From Craspedostauros australis (lineage: Eukaryota), in assembly GCA_030167865.1 (NCBI GenBank), contig JALAGF010003430.1, forward strand, positions 1 through 56,363: DNA of 56,363 nucleotides, given 5' to 3'. The notes under the pieces were generated by a model. The model worked only from the letters and a program-made list of their open reading frames with translations. It did no database searches and was not told where the DNA came from. This document shows positions 11,352 through 23,188 of the stretch, piece by piece. The first letter of the stretch is position 1; each line of letters begins with the position of its first letter. Made by a program: the position numbers and the translations under genes.

Positions 11352-14300
11352 GATTGCGAGGATGTAAATGGCGCTGACAATGGTGCTGGCCGTGGCCTTT
11401 TCTTCCTTGCCGACGACGAATCGGATCGACGCAAAACCAACACCATCCCTATCGATCATCTGATCGACAACGCTATCGACGGCCCAATCGAATATCCTAT
11501 CGACAACATGAGGGACTGCGCCAGTACGAGCAGCCCCAGCGACGGGCCTATCCATATCGATCGCGATAGGTTCGACGATGAGGACATCCAAATGGACGGT
11601 GATGACACCACCGAAAGTGCGGACGATGACTTCGTCGAACAGGATGCAGGGAGCTTCGCCTCGTCGTTGGGAGCTCCTGCCTGCAGCAAGGACGGCGATG
11701 ACAACTCCTTCACGGGACGGACCACAGACTCATCATCAGCTCTGACACTCTCGCTCAGCCCTCAAGGCCAGCAGCGGCCCGAACCAACAAGATTGACAAG
11801 CGCCATGACGCCATCACGATCAACATCGATCTCTGCCAGCCATGATGACGGATCCTTGACACGCAGCTCCAACCACAGCCCATCGGAGTCAAGCACATTG
11901 AACAGCTCAGACACGTGCGGCAGTCCAAATTCTGTCGCACAACGATCCAACTCAAGAAGCGTGCACCGATCTTTGACACCCAGAGAGGTCCTGGCTTCCG
12001 AATCTCGCAGTGGCCCCGACAAGTCACCGTCGTTCCAAATACCAATGCAGCACGCAGTGATTGATCAGCAGCCAGCAGAGGTGATGGCAGACCAGAGTCC
12101 ACGGAATTCATCGTATTCCAACAGTACAGGCCAATCCACCACGTTCCACAATGACAGGTACTTCCAACCAGGATCACCAAACCCACACAACAGCGAACCA
12201 CGAGTTCTCGATGCTGCCTCGTCTCACCAGTCGAACAGCAGCATGCTGGAGTACTCGCCATCATCCTCAAGGCGATATTCGCCGACCATGCAAGTGGATC
12301 AGGCCGATCATCGTGAAGTCATCAACCGGGCCTACTTCACCCCGACTCGGAAGCAACGAAGCATGAAAACCCGCAGCATTGAGGATGAGCGCGAGGGCGA
12401 TGGACTATTCCTGGACAACGTGGACTACTACTCCAACCTGGACGAAGCATCGGCGACATCCATGTCCATCGTCGAATTCGTATCAAAGAAGATAGCAAAG
12501 AGCGCTTTCTGTCGACGCTTCGTTCCTGTCACTCTGGACCTTCCGACGACGTTTGATGATGAGATCTCCAATCTCGACGACAGATCTGCACGCTACGGAC
12601 ACCGTCGCAAGAGGAAACCGCTAATGTCAATGAAATCTTCGTCGTCAGAAGAATCAGAGGGTACAAGGAAGAAGAACGGATCCTATCTTGCAGTTCAGAC
12701 CAGCATGTTTGGTAGAATCATCGAGACGGAACAATTGGACCATAGCCGTCACAATGAGTTCAGCTTGACGAATCAGACCGAATCAGAGCGAGGACGACGA
12801 CGGCGCGATGGCTCGTCAAACTACATGTGCTTGGAGAACGTGGACTACCTCTCACAGGTTGATGTGGCATCTGGAAGCCATGGTCTCTCCACAGTCAATG
12901 GTAGCTGGCGACAGGATGACGCTGCCATGGCTTTCGTTGAGCAGGACGGGTCGAATGGAAGCAATTCAAGCGAACGCCGTTCCACGACATCGAGCGTGTC
13001 GTGCGCCAACAATGGTGCAGAAGAAACCGATGATCAGCATTCCCGGCATTCACAGTATTCATGGCATCCGCAGCGTTCGCGGCATTCGCAGCGTTCCCGC
13101 CAATCTCACCACCACCATCACCATCACGTTCCAGTCGTAACGACCGTATGCAGCAGTCAACACAACAGCACCACGAACCATGACGAGAGTGACGGAACTG
13201 AGTACTTGCCCGCATCAATGATGAATGATCTGCGAGTCGAAGTGCCGCAACAGCCACATGTGGATTCGTTCTCCACCATGGAATCCGTTTCCGAAGTGTC
13301 GGCGGAAGCGATGGAAAACGCAACTACCACGCGATCGAGCAGCACCAGAGACAGCAACAGAGCGACCAAGCCACCGCAAAAGGACGAGCATCAACGAACC
13401 AAGAAATTGAGCGAACTTTCCCCTGACGAGTTGAAGGTCAGCATCGACATCATGCAACAGCTGCTGCAGGAGTCGGATCAGGAAGAACGTCGCCGCCGTG
13501 TTGGTGCATTCGGGCTGCCCTCTGCAAGATCGAAGTCAAGGGAGAAGCACCGGAACCAGAACACGCGGAGACGTGCAGAACTAGCAACTTCTCGGCTCAA
13601 ACAGAAGATGGAAGAAGCCTCCACTAGAGGCAAGACTAGAAGCTCAAATCCACAAAAGGCTGCATCAAGCCAAAACAGACCTTCGCGCGCCAGGTCAATG
13701 GAAGGTGACGACCGCCGGCGGAGAGCGTCAAAGGAAAGCAAGAGGAGGCGCAGCCGATCCCGCGCAAGAACCGAACGGAACGGTCACACTGAGACCATTA
13801 ACTCTGCTGCGAACCCAAACAGGAACCGCAGGTCCAATAATCAACCGAAATCGTCGCCACACTCATCGCGCGACGATGCCGACGTCAACACAAACACAGA
13901 GGCACATGCTAACAACACCAAGAATGACATTGACTCTGAGAGAAACAACCGGCATCGATCGAAGCGCGTCGAACTGGACCCAGATCAAGGGCTACCTGAT
14001 CAAGTGGAAGTTGACATTGAAAACCCAACGTTGACGCTTCAGGAGGTCAACTACATGTCATCACTCTCTTTGGCACGCAATAACAACAACATATCGCCCG
14101 TGCAGTCTCAGATGTCGAAGGCTGTCGCCCGGGATGCCTTTGCTTTGCCCAAGCTCGGCAGGAGCGATGGCGCGAGACATGCTGGTGGCGGCAGGAACAA
14201 TGCGGCGAGCAGCAACCGTCCACACAACAACAAGGGTGGACACGTTGCAGGGGATGGCTTCGAGAGTGATAATTGCCTAGAAGGAATCGACCTGGAGGAT

Positions 14301-14690
14301 TATGATCCCAACGGACGCGATCAACACCCAAAGGGCAAGCTGGAGGCGATGAAGGTGCAGCTGGAAGAGCTGCGAAAGAAGCGATGCTGCCCGAAGTTCT
14401 CATGGGCGAGCTCTGAGAGTCGACGCATCTGGGAGACGATCCAAAAAGGGTGCGTATCGTGCACGAACAGCATGAAGCTCCAGTGGGCGAGGATGGGGCA
14501 GCAGCCGTGCATGGCAAAGGCCAGCGAGCGTGTCCAACCTTGCGTCCAAAGCACTCGCCAATGGTGTCACGCATCCTGGGAAAAGCACATGTCGGGACGC
14601 TCCAACTTGGAGATTGGCATTTTGATGCTGATCGCGGCATCGCTCTTCGTTCTCTTCATTCTGTTCATCATGTTCGTGAAGGAGGGGTAA
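11049..14690 (+). CDS. Large low-complexity (S/D/R-rich) protein with a single C-terminal transmembrane helix (tail-anchored type)
   Basis: 1213-codon ORF containing poly-D, poly-H and R/S-rich tracts. It ends LEIGILMLIAASLFVLFILFIMFVKEG*. The stop overlaps a GTAAGT, so a further 3' exon cannot be excluded. Confidence 0.8.
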
Positions 14691-15044
14691 GTACCATAGC
14701 TCGTAGTCGTAAGCCACCCATACGAGTACGTGCCACATTCGCGCCATGAAATAATCAACTCGACTCGACTACAAATATATTCGTATTTGTAATTGGATCA
14801 TCGAGGTCCGGGGCATTCATAATCCAATCGATAGAGTACGAGTAGACCACTGCTGCTAAACGATTATATGTCTGTATGTGTGTATTGGCGCGTCATGATA
14901 CGAGTACACGTATGTACATGTATGGAAGAAGGATTCAATGCATTGCTTGCGTTCCTGCCCATCGACTAGAACGCACGAATACTCTGCCAGTACTCTACTC
15001 AGTACGTACTCCACCAGAACCATGCTCCACCAAAAGGTGCTGCT

Positions 15045-18000
15045 CTACTCCATCAGTTCCCTGCAAGGAATTGTCCCGTTTCCACCATTGAGGGAGCACA
15101 CCATCCCCGTTGGGTCTTCAATTCCCGTAGCTTCGGCCTGGGCTGCCATCATCCTCTTGTTCGCCCTGCTCGCACCTGACAGACGGAACTTGTCAGCCCT
15201 TCGTCTTGCCAGTTCACGCACGAGCTCTTCTTCCGATGCCTCTGCCAGGACTTTGCTCTTCGAAGGAGCGCTGGTGTCATTCTCATCATGCGACCCATGA
15301 GTGATCTCACCATTGGTCGTTGCTGCTGGTACTGTTGTTGTTGTTGTTGCCGCTGTTGAAGGTGATGCTTTCACTTCACCGTCACCAACAACTTGTTGCT
15401 GGCCGTTCACCTTCTCCTTTCTCTTCACCTTCGACGACTGTTGCTTCGGACGTCTTTTCTCGCATTTGACCTTGCGGCTTTTGGCCAGAGCTTCCTCAGC
15501 GTACGAACGCAAGATGGCCGTGGTGTCATCGTGCATGAGAGGCAAAAGCGAACGCTTGATGTTGTCGTAAAAGTTGGGGTACATGCTCTCCTCACGCTGC
15601 AGCAGCTTCTTGATCCGTGCGCGTTCCTTAGGTTCCTCGAAGCATGCGGGGCAATTTTCGTTGATGATGGGGAGGTTGGCGGACTTGGCAAACTCCGTCG
15701 TGAGGCTTTCGCGGCAGTACACAAGCGGCCGGATGACGGAGAGATCACCAGCATTGATCTGATAGTGTGCCTTCATGGTCCTGAGGAAGCCGTTGTGCAT
15801 GACGCTCATCATGAATGATTCGGCGAGGTCGTCCAGGTGCTGCGCCAGCACCAACTTGTTGCAGTTGTTCTTTCTGGCCGTGCTGTACAGCACCCCTCGC
15901 TTCATCCTGGCACAGAAGGCGCAGAGTGACGACACGATCTGACCATTCTCCCCTGCCGAATTGGCACGTTCCACGATGTCATCCCGCACGTAATGGTACT
16001 TCAATCCCAACGACTCTACGTAGGAGATCAGCGGGGACGGATCGAATGACGGAGTCATGGGGTCGACCGTGCACACTTCGATGTCGAACTTGATGGGTGA
16101 CTTGCGTTTGCATTCCATTAGGATGTGGAGCAAACTCAACGAATCCTTGCCGCCGGAGAGCCCCAGCAGCAATCTGTCGCCATCCTCGAGCATATCCCAT
16201 TGCACGATTGCCTGAGTCACGAGCCTCATCATCTTGGGTGGCGGTATGACATGCAGCACTCCCTTTTTCTTCTTCTTCTTCGTCTTGCCTGCTGCGGGCT
16301 GCATTTGCAGTTGCGTGTGCAATGGCGATTGCTCTTGTTCCGCATGTGATCCAACTGTTCCATTTTCCACGTCTGAAGTTTGTGTTGATGGAACGGACAA
16401 GGACACGGATCCCGTCATCTCCGGTGCCTTGATTGAGACGAACGTTCCCTGCCCCCACGTCGTGCTGTCCCGAGACGGTTTCTTCTTTTGGTTCTTTTCA
16501 TCCACAGGAAGGACGAGCTTGGCAGGGACAGGGGAAGGCGCAGGGATAGCGACAGGAGCGGGCACTGGAGTTGCCGAGACTCTGCCCTTTTCGACACTCG
16601 CGCTTGATTTAATGTTGTTGACCCCATCGGGCTTGCCGCTCGGAATGTCAGTTGTTGATGCGACTTCGGGATCGATACCCAAGTATTCTCGGATTGGGAT
16701 CCATTCATCCATGGACGGAATATAGATCACGCAGTCATCCGACAATTCGCCATCATCGTAACCGGCTTCGATCTCTTCTCTTGGCGCTTCGCCGCTGTGA
16801 TGTTCTCCATCCTTGAATGTGACAACGTCGGGCATATCCAGGAGCGCGGCTGAGCTTTCATATTCAACGCCGTTGCTATGCCCATTACTGACTGCATTCG
16901 GCGTTGGCTGCATCGGCGTCGATGGCGTCGGTGCGACTGTCTGCTTCTGGGACACGTGTCGTGGAGCACCTGAGATCTTTGTTGGCACTGCTCGCTTTGG
17001 GTACCATGCTGTTGGCCTCAGCGCTCCGAGGAGATTGCCACGTTCGTATGTTCCTGGGACTTGCTCCATCCCCTGCGAAACAAATGTTGCAACTTCCTTG
17101 GGGTAAATGTACCAACGCAGCTGCTCCAACGCACTGTCAGAATCGCCCATACCGCCTCCGGCCTCGTTGGTCATCTTGAGGGCCTGCTGGATTCCAACCA
17201 AGTCTGTGCGCGCCAATTGGAGCAGAGCATCTGCATTTTTCATCGTCTGCTGCAGTACGACGTCCCACGACAACACCACCTGCTGTTGGCCTGTTTCTAC
17301 ACGGCTCGCAGCTACGCTGCTTCTACCGCTGATGGAGGTCGAAGGCGCGAATGAATAGTGCGACAGCCAAAGTCGTTCGCGCTTGCCGAGCGGTGCGCCT
17401 TGGCGTTGCTTGTGCCGCCATTCACCGGTCCTGTGGTTGCATCTGTACGACGGCAGCAACGACCACCCGTTTCGTGCGACCCACTCGATGGCCTTGATCA
17501 CGTAGTCCACCTGGAGGGACGATACGCCCTTGAATGGGAGCGACAGCCGCGTGAAACCCGGACGCAACAGCTCCGAACGTTCCTTGGCGTGCACCAGCGC
17601 TGTTTCGATTTGGTCATTGAGCTGAGACGGAAATTCGTTGCCAGATGCATCCGTCTCAGTCAATCCCAGCAATCGCTGCGAGTACGGACCTGCGCATTGG
17701 CATCCTCCGCGTGATTGGATGCCAAATACGTCATTCAGAAGCGCGCAGACGTAGTTGTAGTGCAGAAAGCGCGGGCCGCATTTAACGAGGAACGAGAAGA
17801 TCGGCAAGCGCTTCACAGAGTCGTTGGTGTCGGTGTCGCTGCCAAGCAGGATAAGGTTTGGAATGTTCTGCATCGCTGATGCCACCTTGTTGTAGGTTTG
17901 GAATTCGTAGTCCAATGCCGTCGCGGGAATGGCGCTGCCATTGGTTGTATCGCCTGCTGCTTCGTTTTGGGACTGCGCGAGTTGCGCGTACTTGTTCTGG

Positions 18001-19525
18001 ACCTGACGTTTGAAGAGCATGGTGAGGCCGACCCTCCAGATGCCGACAACGTTCGGGGTGCCGCCTTCGTATCGCTCGATGCGATTGGAAAGGAATCTGT
18101 GATGATCTTGGGTGACATAGAACACGGTTCCACCGCCCGATCGTCGTGGAGCGTTGACCTGCTGCACGAGGCGCTTCTTGATGACGAGAACACCAGGCGT
18201 GTTGATGCCTCCGATCATCTTGTGCGGCGAGAAGAAGATGGCGTCCTTGGCCACGATGGCGGGGTTGGAGGCATAGCGCTTGTCGTCCATCGGGTTCATG
18301 TTCATATTGAGGTAGGGCGCGCCCGTTGCGTAGTCCCAGATGGCCAAGGCGCCGTAGTGGTGCAGCATTGCCGTGATGGCGTTGGTGTCCACGACCGTCC
18401 CGGTGACGTTCGATGCTGCCGTGAATGTTCCAATCTTGACAACGTCGGTGGATTGGTATTTCTTCAGCAGGTTCTCCATCGCGAACATGTCCACCTGTCC
18501 GTGTTTCTCCGGAACCATTACGATTTCTGCGCCCGACTCTCGCCATGGCAGGAGGTTGGAGTGGTGTTCGTACGGCCCAATGAAAATGACGGTGTTGTTG
18601 CGTGCCGAAGTTGCGTCGCCCATGTGATGGAATCCCAAGCAATCCAGGAGCAGCTCGACAGCAGAAGTTGTTCCATTCCCACTGTGTGTGTGCAGTGTGC
18701 ATTGTGCATCCGGGGGTGTTGTGGAGATTGTGGGTAGCGTTTGTGTGTGTTTGTGTGTGCAGGTACGCAAATATGTGAAGACGAGTGTCAGACTCTCTGC
18801 CTCTCTCTTGCTTTGGATAGAAGCATGAATCCATGGATGCATGGATGCAGATACAAGCGCATACGCATACGCAAATGCATACAGGTAGATACATACATGT
18901 GGATACATAGGAGTCGACCACCATCCATGACAAGACCAACTTACGCGAAGAGAACAACGTCTTGACTGGCCTTGCCTGTCGTTTTAGCGTTGACGGCTTC
19001 TGCCACCAACTGACGACCCTCGGCGCAGAACGCGGTGGATTGCGACCCCGTGATGGAGGTGTTGGTGTGGGTGTTGCCATAGAACGGCAGGCAGGCATGT
19101 TGGAGGTAATTCTCCATGGATCTGAGCGGACGGTTGGACGCTGTCTGGTCGCAGTACACCATCGGCAACGGAACCTTGCGGCCCTGCGAGATCTCCAAAG
19201 GCGACCAGAACATCGTTGGCCCCGCAGCGTGGAGGCCACCCCGATGGTGGGGATGATCGTTCGCCTCTGCGTCCATAGCGATCTGATCCCTCAACTCCTC
19301 AACGGTCGTGGCGCTCTGAATTGTTCCTGGAGCTGCGGTTCCTCCAATGTTGGCATCAGCACCATCCTTTCCAGAACCGGATTCAGCTGGCGAAGCATCC
19401 GAGGCCATCTGCGGTGCCACCTGACCAAGATGAGCTTGCTCGCTCAGCGAGGTGCCGCATTCCAAGCTTCGTTCTTGCTCAGCGTTGCTCAGCGACGGAG
19501 ACGCGGCATTCTTTTCTTCACTCAT
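15045..19525 (-). CDS. Fusion: class-V aminotransferase/cysteine desulfurase + GYF_2-like module + TtcA-type tRNA 2-thiocytidine synthase (~1405 aa); complement(join(15045..18681,18945..19525))
   Basis: Desulfurase motifs: YCDQTAS, YGNTHT, EHHSNLLPW, AASNVTG, WDYA, FFSPHK (PLP Lys), RGGCQCAGPY. TtcA motifs: LLGLSGGKDS (PP-loop), CAFCARMKRG, AQHLDDLAES, IRPL, CPAC. The GTAAGT (18944)...CACAG (18682) intron joins VVLFA|GNGTT in frame. Confidence 0.92.
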
Positions 19526-22381
19526 CTTCGTCGGTCAATGCTCGTGCAATACGATTACTCCTGTCCTCGCTTCTGATTCTGATTCTGATTCTGTTCCAAT
19601 CTTCTCTTTTGTCCCGGCCCTTGTCGATGGTGAAGATGACTGCGCGAAGATGACAACAACGGCAACATCACCATTGCCGATGCCAAACCAGGCGACCGCC
19701 ATGGTCGGTCCATTTTCGGTTAGTTTTCGTCAACACCAAACGTGGCTGTGAAGAACCCAGCCGAATCGTGTGGACGGTTAGACGAAGTATTAATTTGATA
19801 ATGATTAGTCCGACTCGATGTCGACGTATTGTAGATTCTGTCATTTTTTCGCCAAGAACTTCTCGTGTGTTGACGAACGCTTTGGCCCTTGGTTTGTGAT
19901 GGCATCCGGGAAGCAGAACACTGTCGATGGACGAGGACGATTCCTTCGTCGACGTGGACAGAGTCCGAGTTATGGTACTTGACTCGACTCGAGTCTACAC
20001 TTCTCTTCTCTTCTTTGTTCTTCTCTACGATTAATCTCTAGTTGTGCTCACGTCATACTTAGTCTGCTATTGCTGTACCATGCTCGTATAATACATGGAC
20101 AGATTCGAAGGAAAAGGAGGACAGGTGGAGGCTCTCATTTGCCGCAGCGAGAGTCTGATGAACATTCCTCGGGAGTGGCTTGTGGGCTTGTGATGCTCCG
20201 ATGCTGGCAAATTACGACTATGGACCATGTCTACAACCTGCAACTACTTGCACGAGTCGCGAGACGATTAGCTACTCGTTGCCGTGATCGTAAAGAAGTC
20301 TTCGCGTGGACGGCCGTGACGCGAGATGGCATAGCGCAAAGCTGTCACAAGAGTAAACGAACAAGTACGACTGCTGCGATGAGAACATCCAAAGCACGAC
20401 GTTGCACAGAATCCAACAGAATACGGCAGAATGCTGAAGGTACTTTCGGGGAGGGGCGAGGCTTGTGTTTGCGCAGAGCAAGAGTATCTCTCCTCGTACG
20501 CCCGCAGACCGCGTGAACTGCCAACACTTTCAAGATTGGAGAACCAGCTTGGTTCGTGTTGTCGCAGACGAAGCAAATCTCTCCCTCTCTCTCTTGGGAA
20601 TCTTTGGCCATGGTCCAGCATGGGACGCCTCGCTGTGATTGGACAATGCAAAAATGGAGCATGGATACGATTGCAAGGGGAGCATCAATTTGACCTTCAT
20701 GCAGCGCATGTTGGCAGAGAGTACTGCTCTTCCTCGTCATGTTTGGATACGAGTTCATCAGCATTGAAGGAATGAAAAACTTGTGAAGCGAGGTCGAGAG
20801 CAGAAAACAATTGTTCTTCCGCAACGTCGGCGATGTTTTGTGGCGCAAAAAGATCACCCTAGTATCGGCCAACCAGCGACAAAGGAATGGCGATGTCCGA
20901 GTACACGTTGCATGGATGGACTTGGATGAGCCCACGGTTAAGACATGGGGGATGAGGAGGCTGCGCACATACATAGAGCATCAACATGTTCTGCTGAATC
21001 GTACTCGTACTCGTGCTCGTGCTCGTCCTCGTATGGTACTCATGTACGCGCTCTTCTTGTCGATGGACATCTTGAAGATCGTGGATGCAACAATCTTTTG
21101 TCTGTCCCGTGTTGGCTTCCTTTGTGTTGATTGGAGTTCGAGTGCGTACTCGAACCATCCTCCCATCCAACCTCATCGGGAACAACGCTTGCATGCTTTC
21201 TCGCCGTACTGGCCAGTGCTGCAACTCGTATTCCGAACGTGGTATAGTTGCTGGCAAAGCGGAGTGGAGTCGAGTCCCATCTTCAACATACTGGTATGTT
21301 ACAACCACCTGACGAACTCTGACTGGTGCCACTCGCATTCGTCTCTCCCTCGCCATCGCCAAACAGGTACCGCACCAGTCGAAGCGAGGTGGAGCTGTTT
21401 GATTGTTGTACGAGCCATTGAGGAACAAATGAGGGCAGTTATGACGTCGCCTCGCAGACGGAGACCGTGGAGAGTATCGAAGAGCTGTGCAGGGCGCCCC
21501 ACATGCGCGTTTCACATGACGTCAAGGGCAGAAGCGTTTGATGGCGGGCGGGATGTGGTCTGAGGCGCCTTTGTGTTTGGACCATGAAACCGAAAGGGCA
21601 CATGAGGGTGGTAACTTTCTAGTTGCAGTTTCGGACAATCATCTTTGCCTCAAAATGCCATAAGCGAAGCGATATTTATGGCTGCATTGAATCGCAATGG
21701 CTTATGATGTGGGTTGATCGAATGCCGCGGCTATTCCGAAACGTCTTTGTCACAGAATCACATTGAAGAGCCATTCTACTCGCTTGCTTCCTGGGCCTCA
21801 AGGACGGAAATGCGCGAGATCGGGCAAAGCGAGTCTCGTCACATCCCACAGCCAGACTTCGAGCTTCTCCGTGGGACACACGTGGATGAGTGCGGTATTC
21901 AGTGCTTCGTGTGTGAAGCAGTAGGGTGTTGTGGTGTGGTTGAAATGAGCGCAACCAACACCCTATCGCCACCAACATTGCACCGCGCCCTACTCCACAA
22001 CTGTTCGCTTGAACTTTCGTCTCCACATCTCTCCGTTACTCGATCTCTTTTTGTTTTGGGTGTGGTTGAAGACATGTCAATTGTGTCCAGGTCTTTGGCA
22101 AAACCCGACAAACCCGTGCATCCATCCAAATCCACCCACACAAGCAAACAGTAACTTCAACGGTCCCGCTCACAAATCGAACAGTCACAGTGAAAGCGTT
22201 CTTTCTTTCACCAACAGGACTCTTGCGTCGAAGCAAACAAAGCAAACGAGACCAAAACGGAAGGTCTCACAAGCATCACACCTCATCTCAATTCCAAGCC
22301 ACACGAAACACACAAAACGCAAAACCAACCAAACACAAGCACAAAACACAAACGCAAAACACAACCACATCAAGCTGAACC

Positions 22382-23188
22382 ATGTTGAGACCACCCGTGA
22401 CAGAGATCTCCTTCCGACGCACCTCCATCTCGATGAGGTTGAATGTCGCCGACAATGAAAATGATGACGCCAGCCACGGAGGCGACAGCAATGATGCTCT
22501 CTTCATCACCAACGATCCATTCGCCGAGAACAGCATGGAGTACTTCCCATCGTCATCGGCATCACCAGCTTCTTCAGAATCCTCATCCTCATCATCGCTG
22601 TCGTCGTCGCTATCATCCGACCACAGCTTCTGGGACAGCGAGTTCCATCAGGCGATGGATGGCGACATGCCACCATCACTGCCTTCACGCCATCACAGCA
22701 GGATCTTCCGCTTCGACTGCCAGTGCCCCGACACCTCGTCGCCCACCCAGCCAAGACGGAAGACCATCCTCGTCCAGAGGTTCGGCGACAGCAACAGCAA
22801 TGACCTCGAAACCAAACAGCCGCAACAAGAGCAAGAGCAAGCGCAGCAGCCAACCCAGTCTCTCGCCGCCACATGCCTGCCCCGACGAAAGAGCCAAGGT
22901 GACAGCTGCGACATGCCACCATCTATTCCACAGAGGGATAGTCAGCAGCCGCTGCACCACAGCATGCTGAGCACGAACTTCCAGCCGCTGCTCGCAAGGT
23001 CATTCCCACCCAGCAACGACCAAGGTCCAATCATGCCGCAGAAATGCGCATCGCAGGTATTCCTGCCGAGCATGGACTCCTCCGAAGCGTCGCCATGCGC
23101 ACTGGAAACGAGCGGCCTGGTGCTGGACGACGACACCTCTTCCACTTCATCATCGTGCATGAACGTAGGCTTGGATCTGATGCTGTGA
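22382..23188 (+). CDS. Ser/Pro-rich unknown protein with repeated P-x-x-P-x-R/K-x-x-S motifs
   Basis: 268-aa ATG-initiated ORF preceded by an A/C-rich 5'UTR-like tract. Motifs: DMPPSLPSRHHS, SPTQPRRKT, CLPRRKS, DMPPSIPQRDS, GPIMPQKCAS. Confidence 0.75.
   Translation: MLRPPVTEISFRRTSISMRLNVADNENDDASHGGDSNDALFITNDPFAENSMEYFPSSSASPASSESSSSSSLSSSLSSDHSFWDSEFHQAMDGDMPPSLPSRHHSRIFRFDCQCPDTSSPTQPRRKTILVQRFGDSNSNDLETKQPQQEQEQAQQPTQSLAATCLPRRKSQGDSCDMPPSIPQRDSQQPLHHSMLSTNFQPLLARSFPPSNDQGPIMPQKCASQVFLPSMDSSEASPCALETSGLVLDDDTSSTSSSCMNVGLDLML

Noticed and set aside
18682-18944. N-terminus MYPHVCIYLYAFAYAYALVSA of the 1287-aa ORF looking like a signal peptide
   Set aside because: It lies within the GT-AG intron. 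The conserved desulfurase N-terminal motifs are in the upstream exon.
19600-22300. Several 100-250-aa ORFs in the long spacer
   Set aside because: No motifs, microsatellite-derived stretches and mutually overlapping frames; treated as non-coding.
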